A stretch of DNA of 64,000 bases. Origin: an uncultured candidate division Zixibacteria bacterium. Its GTDB lineage: Bacteria > Zixibacteria > MSB-5A5 > RBG-16-43-9. The DNA lies in NCBI GenBank assembly GCA_963713865.1, contig OY970208.1, forward strand, positions 1,760,001 through 1,824,000, read 5' to 3'. A model generated the notes under the pieces. That model worked only from the letters and a program-made list of their open reading frames with translations. It had not been told where the DNA came from and did not search any database. Positions 38,510 to 49,600 of the stretch are shown in pieces (position 1 is the first letter of the stretch; every line of letters starts with the position of its first letter). A program made the position numbers and the translations under genes.

Positions 38510-38698
38510 ATGGCGATGAAGATAACCGATGAATGCACTGCGTGCGGTCTTTGCCTGCCGGAGTGTCCTCAAACCGCAATAAGCGAAGGGGATATATATG
38601 TGGTTGACCCTAACAAGTGCAATGAGTGCGAAGGCATAGAGGGTGGATCCAAATGTGTGCAGGTCTGCCCGGTTGATTGTATAATCAAAGCTACTTGA
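38510..38698 (+). CDS. 2x[4Fe-4S] ferredoxin
   Basis: CTACGLCLPECP and CNEC...CVQVCP; GGAGGTGA RBS. Confidence 0.95.
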   Translation: MAMKITDECTACGLCLPECPQTAISEGDIYVVDPNKCNECEGIEGGSKCVQVCPVDCIIKAT

Positions 38699-38739
38699 GG
38701 CTGTTAGAAAATATATTTTGGGATTTTGAGTATATAAAT

Positions 38740-38795
38740 ACGCCGTCGTTTTCCTGCGGATCCAACTTCGGACCTCAAGGAGCGATGGCGTTTTG
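38740..38795 (+). terminator. Long hairpin, probable terminator
   Basis: ACGCCGTCG...CGATGGCGT followed by a short T-run. Confidence 0.45.
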
Positions 38796-38839
38796 ACTCA
38801 TTTCAATAAGTTTATCATCGACTAACTTCAGGATAAAAA

Positions 38840-39040
38840 GTGAGTGGTAAAACCATAATAATATTAGTCCTTTCATTTTTATTAGTGATTTTCATCTTGC
38901 AAAATACCGGAATAGTTTTAATCAAAATACTTTTCTGGTCTTTGCAAATGTCCCGCTCTCTTCTGGTATTTTTGTTCTTTTTTATGGGATTTATGCTTGG
39001 GTATTTTATTTTTTCAGCATCAAGGAAAAAAGGGGGTTGA
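38840..39040 (+). CDS. LapA/DUF1049-like small membrane protein
   Basis: IFILQNT...LFW motif, two TM segments. Confidence 0.75.
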   Translation: MSGKTIIILVLSFLLVIFILQNTGIVLIKILFWSLQMSRSLLVFLFFFMGFMLGYFIFSASRKKGG

Positions 39041-39066
39041 GTTTAAATTCGCTTACGGTCTAAAAA

Positions 39067-39495
39067 ATGCCAAAATTTAAATTTTTAGATGACGTGGCAA
39101 TTGCAGATGCGGCCTTTATAGCTTATGGAAAGACTTTAGAGGAACTCTTTGAGTCCTGCGCTCTGGCTACTTTTGAGGTAATGGTGGTGACAAAAGGGAT
39201 CAAACCTGAGCAGAAAGAAGAAATAATGATAAAAGATCAGAATCTGGATGACCTTCTATTTGATTTTATATCCGAGCTTATCTATTTGAAAGATGTCCGG
39301 AAGATCTTTTTTTCCAAGTTCGATTTACTGATTAGAAAATACAAAGACTATAAATTGACTGGAACCGTTTGGGGTGAAAAGATCGATTATAAAAAACAAG
39401 AAATTAAAAGAGATGTGAAAGCTATCACTTATCACCTGCTTGAAATTAAGAAGAGTGGTGATGGCTGGAAAGCACAGGTAATTTTAGATACGTGA
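39067..39495 (+). CDS. Archease
   Basis: ADAAFIAYGKTLEELF, DVKAITYH, VILD; directly upstream of rtcB. Confidence 0.92.
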   Translation: MPKFKFLDDVAIADAAFIAYGKTLEELFESCALATFEVMVVTKGIKPEQKEEIMIKDQNLDDLLFDFISELIYLKDVRKIFFSKFDLLIRKYKDYKLTGTVWGEKIDYKKQEIKRDVKAITYHLLEIKKSGDGWKAQVILDT

Positions 39496-39502
39496 GAGGA
39501 TT

Positions 39503-40948
39503 ATGCAGACTAAAAAAATAGAAGAGCATATCTGGGAGATTCCAGTTACTGAAAAGGAGGGGATGAGAGTTCCTGCCAGGATTATTGCTTCTGAGAAGAT
39601 AATGAAAGAGATGGATCAAGGGGTTTTTAATCAGATCACCAATGTAGCTTGTTTGCCTGGAATTCAAAATTATGCTTATTGCATGCCGGACGGGCACTGG
39701 GGTTATGGTTTTCCCATAGGTGGGGTAGCAGCCTTTGATTTGAAAGAGGGGGTTATCTCGCCGGGAGGGATAGGGTTTGACATTAATTGCGGAGTAAGAT
39801 CAGTTCGCACCAACTTGACTTTTGAAGAGGTGAAGCCCAGGTTAAATGAGCTTATGGATGCTTTGTTCAGACTCATTCCAGCAGGTGTAGGCTCAACTGG
39901 TTTTGTTAAACTGAACACCGAAAGGTTTAAAGAAATTATGATCAAAGGTGTGGACTGGTGTATTCAGAACGATTATGGCTGGGAGGAGGATCGGGAAAGG
40001 ATTGAGCAGGGGGGAAGGATTCCGGGAGCTAATCCAGATAAAGTCAGTCAAAAATCAATTTCCAGAGGAATGGATCAGTTGGGTACTTTGGGTTCCGGGA
40101 ATCATTATCTTGAATTACAGGTGGCTCAGACTGAGAGGATTTTTCATCCGGAAGCAGCTAAGGTATTTGGCATAGATAGACCTAACCAGGTATTTGTGAT
40201 GATTCATTGTGGCTCAAGAGGGTTTGGACACCAGGTCGCGACAGATTACCTCAGGATCTTTACGGAGGCGATGAGAAAGTATAATATCCGGGTCCTGGAT
40301 AAAGAGCTTGCCTGTGCCCCTTTTAGTTCCCCTGAAGGGCAGGATTATTATGGGGCGATGCTCTGTGCGGCTAATTCTGCTTTTGCCAATCGGCAGGTGA
40401 TCCTGCATAAAATAAGAGAGGCTTTTAGCCAGGTCTTTCATAAAGACCCAAAAGAGTTAGGTATGCACATAGTATATGATGTCGCACATAATATTGCCAA
40501 AATAGAGGAACATCTGGTAAACGGTGGCAAGAAAAAGGTTTTGGTGCATCGCAAGGGGGCAACTCGCTCTTTTGGACCAGGCCATCCAGAAGTGCCTGAG
40601 TTCTACAAACAGATCGGTCAGCCGGTAATAGTAGGTGGTTCCATGGAAACTTCTTCTTACCTTTTAGTTGGCACTCAAAAAGCTATGGAGATGACTATGG
40701 GCTCAACCTTACACGGTTCAGGCAGGACTATGTCCAGAGAGGCGGCTAAGAGAAAGGTCAGAGGATATGAATTAAAGAAATCGATGGAGGAAAGAGGGAT
40801 TTCTGTCAGGGCAGTATCAATGCCTGGATTAGCGGAAGAGGCAGGTATTGCCTATAAAAACATTTCTGAAGTAGTGGAAGCTGTTGATCGAGCAGGGATT
40901 TCCAGAAAAGTAATAGAGCTGAAGCCGATAGGGAATATTAAAGGATAG
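39503..40948 (+). CDS. rtcB: RNA ligase RtcB (archaeal-like)
   Basis: MPDGHWGYGFPIGG, DINCG, GSGNHY, HRKGAT, HGSGR, EEA..AYK. Confidence 0.96.
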   Translation: MQTKKIEEHIWEIPVTEKEGMRVPARIIASEKIMKEMDQGVFNQITNVACLPGIQNYAYCMPDGHWGYGFPIGGVAAFDLKEGVISPGGIGFDINCGVRSVRTNLTFEEVKPRLNELMDALFRLIPAGVGSTGFVKLNTERFKEIMIKGVDWCIQNDYGWEEDRERIEQGGRIPGANPDKVSQKSISRGMDQLGTLGSGNHYLELQVAQTERIFHPEAAKVFGIDRPNQVFVMIHCGSRGFGHQVATDYLRIFTEAMRKYNIRVLDKELACAPFSSPEGQDYYGAMLCAANSAFANRQVILHKIREAFSQVFHKDPKELGMHIVYDVAHNIAKIEEHLVNGGKKKVLVHRKGATRSFGPGHPEVPEFYKQIGQPVIVGGSMETSSYLLVGTQKAMEMTMGSTLHGSGRTMSREAAKRKVRGYELKKSMEERGISVRAVSMPGLAEEAGIAYKNISEVVEAVDRAGISRKVIELKPIGNIKG

Positions 40949-41002
40949 TTCAATCCAACATAGGTGGACAAAAGTTCAAGAGTTTAAAGGTTGAAAAAAC
41001 TT

Positions 41003-41099
41003 GTAGGTCGACCAAAGCAACACTTGGTCGACTTTTTATATTCTGGAGTATAAAGCTTTAGCTTTACTTAAATAGACAAACCTAAAGGTTTATACTCCA
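41003..41099. repeat. GTAG hairpin plus TGGAGTATAAA...TTTATACTCCA inverted-repeat element
   Basis: Complete element at 41044-41099; half copies near 14392, 18297 and 61600. Confidence 0.65.
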
Positions 41100-41204
41100 A
41101 AGGTTTTATATTGTACAAGAACATCTACTTTAAGTAAAAATAGAAGGGAATGGGAACTATCCACTGACCACTGTGAACTATTCACCAATTTTGTCCCGAT
41201 TAAT

Positions 41205-41292
41205 CGGGACAAAATTAAAAGAGGGTGTTGATTCTGTACGGGTATTGGGGGGTATGAACAACCCGAAGTTACAGACGCACCCTCGTTTTTCT
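41205..41292. ncRNA. Structured repeat / candidate ncRNA, copy 1
   Basis: Nested stems GAGGGTG/CACCCTC, TCTGTA/TACAGA, CGGGT/ACCCG with a G6 loop; paralog at 43293-43385. Confidence 0.5.
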
Positions 41293-41389
41293 ATTAAGAA
41301 TTTATACTACTGCTCTCAGGCGGATGTTATCATCTGCCTATTTCATCGCTGGTTGATAATATCCAGCGTGAGTAGAGATATTTCTCAAG

Positions 41390-43090
41390 TTACAAATGAC
41401 AGGGTTCGGGACCTCCTTTAAAAAGGTAGTTTATAAGATAAACTACATCTGAAACGGTAACTTTTTGGTCAAGATTGACATCGGCTGATGCTGAGGGATA
41501 AGGTTCAGGTCCTCCCTTAAAAAGATAATTAATCAAGAAGACAACATCTGTAACATTTACTAAATTATCGCGGTTAGGATCCCCACATACAAGAGAGCCT
41601 ACTGTAACATGCCATTCCTTAGAGTCTACTAAAAGATTCTGAGGGTCATCTAAGACCATATCAGTAGAATCAAAAACTGTTCCTTTAATATTGAAATAAC
41701 CAGCAGAAGAGCTTGAAAAGTTAAATTGGTTATCTGAGGATTTTAATTGGTCGTTTACAAACCAGTTTACCTTCAAAGAATGAGTATTAGGTATCAACGT
41801 AGCAAGTTCAAATGGTATAACTGTTAAAGTATCAATACTTAAAGTGTCAGTTGAAGGAGAGTAGCTGTCATATCCCGCTACTCTTTTATATATGGATTTA
41901 ACGGTCTGTTCCCGACAAACTACACAGTAGTCTATTTGTAAAGACCTCATCATACAGGCATCATAGGTAGGGCGGTAAAGATTATTATAAGAGCATCCAA
42001 GATAAGTACCAACCCCGGGGTAACCAATAGTTATCCAGCTCTGCCATCCAGGTTGTGATGAACTAACGTCGCAATTGCAGTTTGACACATTGCCTGGATA
42101 ATTTCCATATAGATATTCATCTGCTAAATAAGCAAAACTATGACCTAACTCATGCATATATACATAAGGTCCCCAGTAACCATTGTAACTTGTGAGATAA
42201 TCGCCACCACTGCCACCATAAGTAGGGTCGTTTACAAGAACTGCAATTTCATCATACCAGGGAACAGACTGCGCTGCAGCATATACGCTTTCATCCTCTG
42301 CACAAATCAATCTGTCAATCCCGGCACACCCGTAATATGTTCCCAGAGCGGTATTGTGATAGACTGGCGGATTAGCTTCAGGATGGTCGGAGCCACTTTC
42401 TTGAGAAATCACCTTAACTTTATATACATTGAAATAGGTGCTGTATTCATTATACGGCGAGACAGAGCTAAACATAAAATTTATATAGTCTTTTACATCA
42501 CTGGTGTAGAGAGCTGTGTCATTAATAGTATATCCATCCCCTAAGAAGACAATATCTATACGGTTGGATGGGTCTCCATTATACATTATGGTATCTACTT
42601 CCCACATTGGATAAAGAGGGGTTTTGTGAACTTGTGCAGCAATCTTGTCCAAATCTGTTTGAGATATTTTAGCGCCTTTTGAATCAAAAATATAAAGATG
42701 TTTTGCATCAGTCAGATAAGGGATTCTGATTTTGAAAAGTTTTTGGTCCTTAAAAATTATCCCACCACTTAAGACTAAAGATGATGTATCCAAGAGGTCA
42801 TAAAATATTATTCTTGGGTCTCTAAAATAGGTCTGAAATAACAGTTTACCCTCTTGTGAATGGATTTCAATTTTATAACCATCTTGTAGAAATGTGGATT
42901 GTAGGGCTGAAGTTGAAATTAATATTGCTTCTTTTGATCTTAGCTCACCGTTATCTAAATTGAAATAAAGGTCAAGGGATTTACGACTGTTTTCAGTTGA
43001 TTGAGAAGCTGAAGGTAAAAAAATAAAAAACAGTGCTAAATAGAAAATCAGAAGAGCAAAGTAATTTTCAACTCGAATGAGCAGCTTCAT
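41390..43090 (-). CDS. Secreted M64-family (IgA peptidase-like) metallopeptidase with dockerin
   Basis: RIDIVFLGDGY, YGGSG, HELGHSFAYLADEY, CMMR; GDPNRDNLVNVTDVVFLINYLF. Confidence 0.9.
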   Translation of the reverse strand: MKLLIRVENYFALLIFYLALFFIFLPSASQSTENSRKSLDLYFNLDNGELRSKEAILISTSALQSTFLQDGYKIEIHSQEGKLLFQTYFRDPRIIFYDLLDTSSLVLSGGIIFKDQKLFKIRIPYLTDAKHLYIFDSKGAKISQTDLDKIAAQVHKTPLYPMWEVDTIMYNGDPSNRIDIVFLGDGYTINDTALYTSDVKDYINFMFSSVSPYNEYSTYFNVYKVKVISQESGSDHPEANPPVYHNTALGTYYGCAGIDRLICAEDESVYAAAQSVPWYDEIAVLVNDPTYGGSGGDYLTSYNGYWGPYVYMHELGHSFAYLADEYLYGNYPGNVSNCNCDVSSSQPGWQSWITIGYPGVGTYLGCSYNNLYRPTYDACMMRSLQIDYCVVCREQTVKSIYKRVAGYDSYSPSTDTLSIDTLTVIPFELATLIPNTHSLKVNWFVNDQLKSSDNQFNFSSSSAGYFNIKGTVFDSTDMVLDDPQNLLVDSKEWHVTVGSLVCGDPNRDNLVNVTDVVFLINYLFKGGPEPYPSASADVNLDQKVTVSDVVYLINYLFKGGPEPCHL

Positions 43091-43292
43091 TCCTTAACCT
43101 ACTTTTGACAATACAAATTATGTCTTGAAGTATAATAATCAAAAATTTTAATTTGTCAAGTAAATTCTGTAAAACAAACTTGAATAGGCAAACTCAATTT
43201 TAATGTATTTAATTTAATCAATGATATAATTTTCAGAGAGAGCGGGGGGACAATTAACAAATATCTATACACCATTTAGTAATATTGTCCTG

Positions 43293-43385
43293 CGGGCAAA
43301 ATTAAAGAGGGTGTTAAGCTCTGTATGGGTAGAGGGGGGCTAGGAACTACCCGAAGTTACAGGGCACACCCTCGTTTTTTCTTTT
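43293..43385. ncRNA. Structured repeat / candidate ncRNA, copy 2
   Basis: GAGGGTGT/ACACCCTC, GCTCTGTA/TACAGGGC, GGGTAG/CTACCC, G6 loop, followed by a T-run. Confidence 0.5.
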
Positions 43386-43522
43386 TACTAAAATTAATAT
43401 AAGTTACTGAAAAAATCTGACAATAAGGTAATTACCCTATTTTATTTTAAGGTATCTCCTACATATATTTTAGCAATTTTTAAGAGCATTAAATTGAAAA
43501 TTATGGTTAATACAGAATAAAA

Positions 43523-44185
43523 TCATTTTTTAGTATGCAGATCTGTTATCCCTTTACGAATAGCATACTTTACTAATTGAGCTACTTCATGAATATCTAA
43601 TTTCTCCATAATATGAGAGCGGTGAGCATCCACTGTCTTGGCACTGATAAAAAGTTTAGCCGCCACTTCTTTATTGGTATATCCTTCGGCAATCAACTGC
43701 AGTATTTCTCTTTCCCTTGAGGTTAAGAGGGTATAAGGTTCTTTTTCTGCCCTTTCAGTTTTTCCAAGAGAAGCTTCTATAACTGATCTGGAAATAGAAG
43801 GGCACAGATAGTATTGATTGTTATAAACTGCGCGAATGGCAGAAACCAGTTCCTCAACTGCAACATCTTTTAAAACATACCCGGAAGCACCAGAGTGAAG
43901 TGCCTGGAGCACGTATTCATCATCCCGGTACATAGTCAAGATTAGTATTTTTACCTCAGGAAGTTTCTTTTTTATCTGCCTGGTGGCTTCAAATCCATTT
44001 AGATTAGGCATACCGATATCCATCAGAACTACATCTGGTTTGAGCCTAAAAGTTTCTTTTAAAGTTTCCGGACCATCACTGGTTTCACCTATCACCTCAA
44101 TATCTAGTTGAGATGCAAGCAGGGAACGAATTCCCTGTCTCAATATCTTGTGATCATCAGCAATCAGTATTTTTATTTTACTCAA
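43523..44185 (-). CDS. NarL/FixJ-family response regulator (REC + LuxR HTH)
   Basis: ADDH, LMDIGMP, LTSREREIL...TVDAHRSHIMEKL. Confidence 0.96.
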   Translation of the reverse strand: MSKIKILIADDHKILRQGIRSLLASQLDIEVIGETSDGPETLKETFRLKPDVVLMDIGMPNLNGFEATRQIKKKLPEVKILILTMYRDDEYVLQALHSGASGYVLKDVAVEELVSAIRAVYNNQYYLCPSISRSVIEASLGKTERAEKEPYTLLTSREREILQLIAEGYTNKEVAAKLFISAKTVDAHRSHIMEKLDIHEVAQLVKYAIRKGITDLHTKK

Positions 44186-46491
44186 TTAATCTCCTTCCAA
44201 GGAAGAGATATGTCTAATTTAGTGCCTCTTCCTTTATTTGAAATGATTTTAAATTTTCCTCCTAAAAGCTCTGTGTTTTCTTTCAGCCTGAACAAACCGA
44301 AACCGTGAACATATGGTAAATTCTCAAGTTCAAACCCGACTCCATTGTCTTGAATTATTATACGTGTAATGTTACCTTTTTTATAAAGAGAAACAGATGC
44401 CCGCTTTGCCTGGGAATGTTTTGCCACATTGGTTAAACCCTCCTGGATTATACGATAGATAGTGGTTTCAAATTCCGGAGGAAACTTATAATCCAGCTTT
44501 GGTATTTTAACTTTTATTTTAAGATTAGTTCTTAACTGGAAGCTGTCTATATACCAGCGAATGGTTGAAACAAGTCCAAAATGATCTAAAATAGGAGGCC
44601 GCAGATCTGAAGTTAAATTACGAACATTTTCCAGACTCTGAGAGGCTAATTTCTCGCATTCTTCGAGCTTATCTCTTATCAGAGTTTGTTGGTCTGAGAG
44701 AGTGCGCTGGCACATCTTCAAGTCAAATTTGATAGCGGTTAAATCCTGGGCGATTACATCATGTAATTTACCAGCCAGGATTTTTCTTTCATCTTCCTGT
44801 GCATTTATGATCCGGAGTGAGAGTTTCTCTAATTCCTTAGAATGCTTTTTCGAAAGCTCCATCAAACGGGCATTTTCAACTGCCATGGAAAGCTGGTTAG
44901 CTATGGCTTGGGCTAATTTTATTTCAGATTCTGTGAACTCATATTTTTTTGTGATGCTATTTAGGGCTAGGACCCCTAATAATTTGCCTTCTAAAATGAA
45001 AGGAATAGAGAGGACCGATTTAATACTTCTTTCCCTGAAATATTTCTTTTCTCTGGAAGAGAGAGAAGATTTAGCTACATCTAAGACGCTGAATATTTGC
45101 CTTGTCTTGATTCGTTTGATAATATCAGGAAAATCCTCTACACTTTTTGGATAATTCTCAAGTTTGGGTAGATGCTTAACCCTGGAAAAGTGGGTAAACA
45201 AAAGGTGATCACCTGTATTCTGATCAATTATCATCGATACAGCACGGTCCACTCCTAACAATTCGACAGTCTTTTTAGTAACTAATCTGAAAAGTTTTTT
45301 TAAGTCTAATGTTTGTGATAGGGCTTTGCTGATTTCTAAAAGAATACTCTGTTCATTAAATTGCTTTTCTAAAGCCTCAGATTGCTTTTGTATTTGTGTG
45401 CTTTTCTCCTGGAGATCCTGCATTAGTTTGGCATTTTCTATAGCTAAAGAAGCCAGATTAGCAATAGTCTGGCAAAGCTTTATCTCCGAGTCAGCAAAGA
45501 GATGGTAATCTTTTATTCTGCTTACCTGAAGAACTCCAGTCATCTTTCTGTCAGAGGAAAGTGGTAGTATCAGAGTAGATTTTATCCCGCTATCACGTAA
45601 ATATTTTCGAGCCCCGGGGGTTAGTGAGGTTGATAAAATATCTTCAGTTATGAAGAAGTTCTTTTTTTGAAGTTGTTTGTAGATATAAGGGAAATTAGCT
45701 AATGTGTATTTTCTCCCCACGTAGAAAGAACCATCTTTACCTTTTCCGAAGGATACAACTTCTCTGGAAATGTAGATTGATCTTATAACTCCCTGCTTTT
45801 GTCCTGGCTCGAAAGTGCTAATTGTGCACCGGTCCATTTTCAGGAGTTCGCAGGTTTTTTGAGTAATGAGGTTGAAAAGTTCCTGCAAATTTAAAGTCTG
45901 GAAAAGGGATTTGCTGATATTCAGAATAGCATTTTGCTGGTCATATTTATTTTTTATATCCTTTAAGAGATTAGCGTTCTTAATTGCTATCCCTACTTGA
46001 TTGGCTATGGTACAGCAGAGGTTTATGTCTGACGAGGAGAAAGGAGTTAAATTCTCGACTTTACTTAGATGAAATGCACCTAAAGGTTTCCGGTTTATAA
46101 AAATAGGAATCGCTAAAAAAGTTTTCATATTTAAATATTTAAAGAGCTTTTGCTCTTCGGGGGTAAATTTGGCCTTGTCATGAATAAAAAGATGAGCTAC
46201 TTTTCCACTCATAAGTTTTTGAGCAATGTGAGGGTATTGAATTACCTTAAACTTCATACCATTAATTGAAGGATAGGTAATCTTTTTACGATAAGTATAA
46301 ACAATCTCATGAGCATCTCTTGCAGTATTGAGCAATCCTATGGAACAACGGTCAGCCTTGAGAGCTTGGGCAGTCATTCTACAGGACATCTCAAGGATTT
46401 CATCTAAATTTAATGTCCGAGAGACTGCCTGGCTTATCTTTAGAACTGTATCGAGTTTTTTTTCTTTTGGAATTTGAAAACTTTTATCCAT
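44182..46491 (-). CDS. Cytoplasmic sensor kinase: three GAF domains, HisKA_3, HATPase
   Basis: Three IANQ/L.....NA GAF ends; EDERKILAGKLHD; QEGLTNVAKHS; DNGVGF. Confidence 0.93.
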   Translation of the reverse strand: MDKSFQIPKEKKLDTVLKISQAVSRTLNLDEILEMSCRMTAQALKADRCSIGLLNTARDAHEIVYTYRKKITYPSINGMKFKVIQYPHIAQKLMSGKVAHLFIHDKAKFTPEEQKLFKYLNMKTFLAIPIFINRKPLGAFHLSKVENLTPFSSSDINLCCTIANQVGIAIKNANLLKDIKNKYDQQNAILNISKSLFQTLNLQELFNLITQKTCELLKMDRCTISTFEPGQKQGVIRSIYISREVVSFGKGKDGSFYVGRKYTLANFPYIYKQLQKKNFFITEDILSTSLTPGARKYLRDSGIKSTLILPLSSDRKMTGVLQVSRIKDYHLFADSEIKLCQTIANLASLAIENAKLMQDLQEKSTQIQKQSEALEKQFNEQSILLEISKALSQTLDLKKLFRLVTKKTVELLGVDRAVSMIIDQNTGDHLLFTHFSRVKHLPKLENYPKSVEDFPDIIKRIKTRQIFSVLDVAKSSLSSREKKYFRERSIKSVLSIPFILEGKLLGVLALNSITKKYEFTESEIKLAQAIANQLSMAVENARLMELSKKHSKELEKLSLRIINAQEDERKILAGKLHDVIAQDLTAIKFDLKMCQRTLSDQQTLIRDKLEECEKLASQSLENVRNLTSDLRPPILDHFGLVSTIRWYIDSFQLRTNLKIKVKIPKLDYKFPPEFETTIYRIIQEGLTNVAKHSQAKRASVSLYKKGNITRIIIQDNGVGFELENLPYVHGFGLFRLKENTELLGGKFKIISNKGRGTKLDISLPWKEIN

Positions 46492-46621
46492 CTTTATTTA
46501 ACAAATGAACTAAAGTTATATAGTATTTTAACGGTGATTTGTCAATGACAAAAACTTTATAAAATCTGATAAAAACTTTAATTTCTGAAGTCGATAAAAA
46601 TCTTGTAGGTTCACACAAAAT

Positions 46622-46652
46622 AAAAAAGGAGCGAAATTTCCCGCTCCTTTTT
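46622..46652 (-). terminator. Intrinsic terminator
   Basis: AAAAAAGGAGCG...CGCTCCTTTTT just past the stop of the 1936-aa gene. Confidence 0.85.
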
Positions 46653-46672
46653 AACTTAGTTTCTTAAATTTA

Positions 46673-49600
46673 TTATTTCATCAAGCACATCTTTCTGGTC
46701 TGGCTGTAATTTCCAGCAGTCAGTTTATAGAAATAGATACCAGAGGCAACTCTTTCATCTGAGCTATTGATTCCATCCCAGATTACTGTGAAAGTACCAG
46801 CTGGAAGGTTAGCATCTATCACGGTCTTAACTATTTGACCGGATAGATTGTATATTTTTAAGCTAACCCGAGAATCCTCAGGCAGAGCAAAACTGATGTT
46901 GGTAGTCGGGTTGAAAGGGTTAGGATAGTTGGGATACAGCGCGAAAGCAGTCGGGATAACCTTGTTGACCAAAGTGGTTTTCACCGGTCTGCCAAAGTTG
47001 TCAACTGCTTCGATCTTATCCAGCGTAGCTCCGGAAACGGTAAGCAGTTCACCAGTTAAGCCAGCGCCGGAGTTCATATAAACCAGAACTTTCATGTTAC
47101 CATCTACTACACCCTGTTCGAACGTCAAGTTGGAGCTGACTTTGCCCTCACCCTTGAAGGTAAACAGAGCTGCACCCAGATTAGCATTAGTAGAAACTTT
47201 GCCCTGGGATACATAGATGGTAGCTAAATCTGAACCTGGAGTCGGTTTCGGTATTGCGGAAGCATCATTCAGAATTATCCTTATCATAAGAATGAAGTCG
47301 GACAAGGAGAGCGGGTACCCGTCAGCATTGATATCGGTGTTGGCAATCTGAACTGGAGGATCGATGGTGAACACGCTGGTGCCATAGATGAAGTAGCTGG
47401 AGAACAATGTCAAGTCTGCTGGGTCATAAGCTATCAGGTTGAGGTTGATATCACCTCTCACCTTCTTGCCTGTGGTGCATATCAAAACACCTCCACAGGG
47501 CTCAAAGCAAACCCTATTCAAGACCTCATTTCCTGGATGATACTGAGTATCGCATTCCGCATAATTGAATTCTTCCGGATTAGAGGAAACATACAGAATA
47601 TATCCAGTTGGATCTGAGAAAGTGTTTTGAGTACACTCCCCTTCGTCCCATTCAAAACATACATTGGTGAAGAAGCCTCTAAGGTTGTTATCATTAGCCA
47701 CCTTAAATTTTACTCTGGCTAATTCTACATAATCTGAGTTAGGTTCTATCGGTATGCCTGCATGCAAATCTTTAATATCGTAAAACCCTAAGAGGAGAAG
47801 TTTATATTTACAGCATCCACACATAGGGCAGGGGAGCTGTCGATAAGTGAAATACTCCCAGTCAGCGGAAAGTCCATCTCCACGAGTAACATTCAAGAAA
47901 TAGAAAATGGTGGGGTCGAATTCAATCCTTAGATCAAATCCACCTATAGGCGTTGAGGTTTTGAGCAAAATCGGTACGGAGACTGTATCTCCAGGATTTG
48001 CACAATCGACTTCACCGATTTTGACATAGATGTCACAGGCGCAATTCTGGACAGTTACATAAACCGTGTCTATTACGTATGCTCCACAATGATCTGTAAC
48101 TCTGAATACCACCTTATGAGGATTGTTTAAGGTGTCTGAAGGAGATGGTATCCAGGACCATTCTCCCGTTAAAGGTGGTTTTCCATTACGTGGAGGGAAA
48201 TCACCCACGCCGGAGAGTTTTTCTAAAGTGATGTTATAGTCTTTATCCGGATCGTCTCCCTTCACAGCGAATTTAGCTGTATCACCCAGGCAGGCACTTA
48301 TAGTCTGAGGCACAACAAGGGTTGGTAGACTATTAATGGTTATAATCCAGGTAGCGGTATCATAATCCGCAGCTCCACACCCATTGGTTACCTTATATAC
48401 ATAATTATAAGTTCCAGATGAGGTGATATTGAATTGCACATTAGCTGAGACATTATTGACACCTTTCTTGGGTGTTGGTATCCCTGAACCTTCTAAGGTT
48501 ATGGTATCTCCAGGATCCGGATCAGTAGCAGTCACGGTGAATCCGATAACTCCGGAAGTACATAGGAATTTAGTTGAATCCGGGCTGGTAACAACCGGCG
48601 GGCTGTTTACGGACTTGTTGACTATAACGGTATCCTTGTCTAAGGCACCGCAGGAGTCGGTTACCGTTACGATGATGATATCCGGCACAGAAGTAGTAGC
48701 AGTATAATAGACTGAATCGCCGGACAGCGTGCCCTTATTGGTACTCTTAGACTGGATGTTGTTGTCGGTATCAGAGAAAGTAAACGGCTTCACGCTAATC
48801 GTAGCCGGCAGTGAGCAGAGGGCGATATTTTTATCAGCCGGGCTGGTAACAACCGGCGGGCTGTTTACGGACTTGTTGACTATAACGGTATCTTTGTCTA
48901 AGGCACCGCAGGAGTCGGTTACCGTTACGATGATGGTATCCGGCACAGAAGTAGTAACAGTATAATAGACTGAATCGCCGGACAGCGTGCCCTTATTGGT
49001 ACTCTTAGACTGGATGTTGTTGTCGGTATCAGAGAAAGTAAACGGCTTCACGCTAATCGTAGCCGGCAGTGAGCAGAGGGCGATATTTTTATCAGCCGGG
49101 CTGGTAACAACCGGCGGGCTGTTTACGGACTTGTTGACTATAACGGTATCCTTGTCTAAGGCACCGCAGGAGTCGGTTACCGTTACGATGATGGTATCCG
49201 GCACAGAAGTAGTAACAGTATAATAGACTGAATCGCCGGACAGCGTGCCCTTATTGGTACTCTTAGACTGGATGTTGTTGTCGGTATCAGAGAAAGTAAA
49301 CGGCTTCACGCTAATCGTAGCCGGCAGTGAGCAGAGGGCGATATTTTTATCAGCCGGGCCAGTAACAACCGGCGGGCTGTTTACGGACTTGTTGACTATA
49401 ACGGTATCCTTGTCTAAGGCACCGCAGGAGTCGGTTACCGTTACGATGATGGTATCCGGCACAGAAGTAGTAGCAGTATAATAGACTGAATCGCCGGACA
49501 GCGTGCCCTTATTGGTACTCTTGGACTGGATGTTGTTGTCGGTATCAGAGAAAGTAAACGGCTTCACGCTAATCGTAGCCGGCAGTGAGCAGAGGGCGAT

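Noticed and set aside
41173-41421. 82-aa + strand ORF
   Set aside because: It runs through the structured repeat and hairpins, has no clear RBS and shows no protein motif.
43293-43385. c-di-GMP-I riboswitch (GGGCAAA start)
   Set aside because: It lacks the GNRA-capped P2 stem and the downstream GCAAAG/P3 pattern, and no + strand gene follows.
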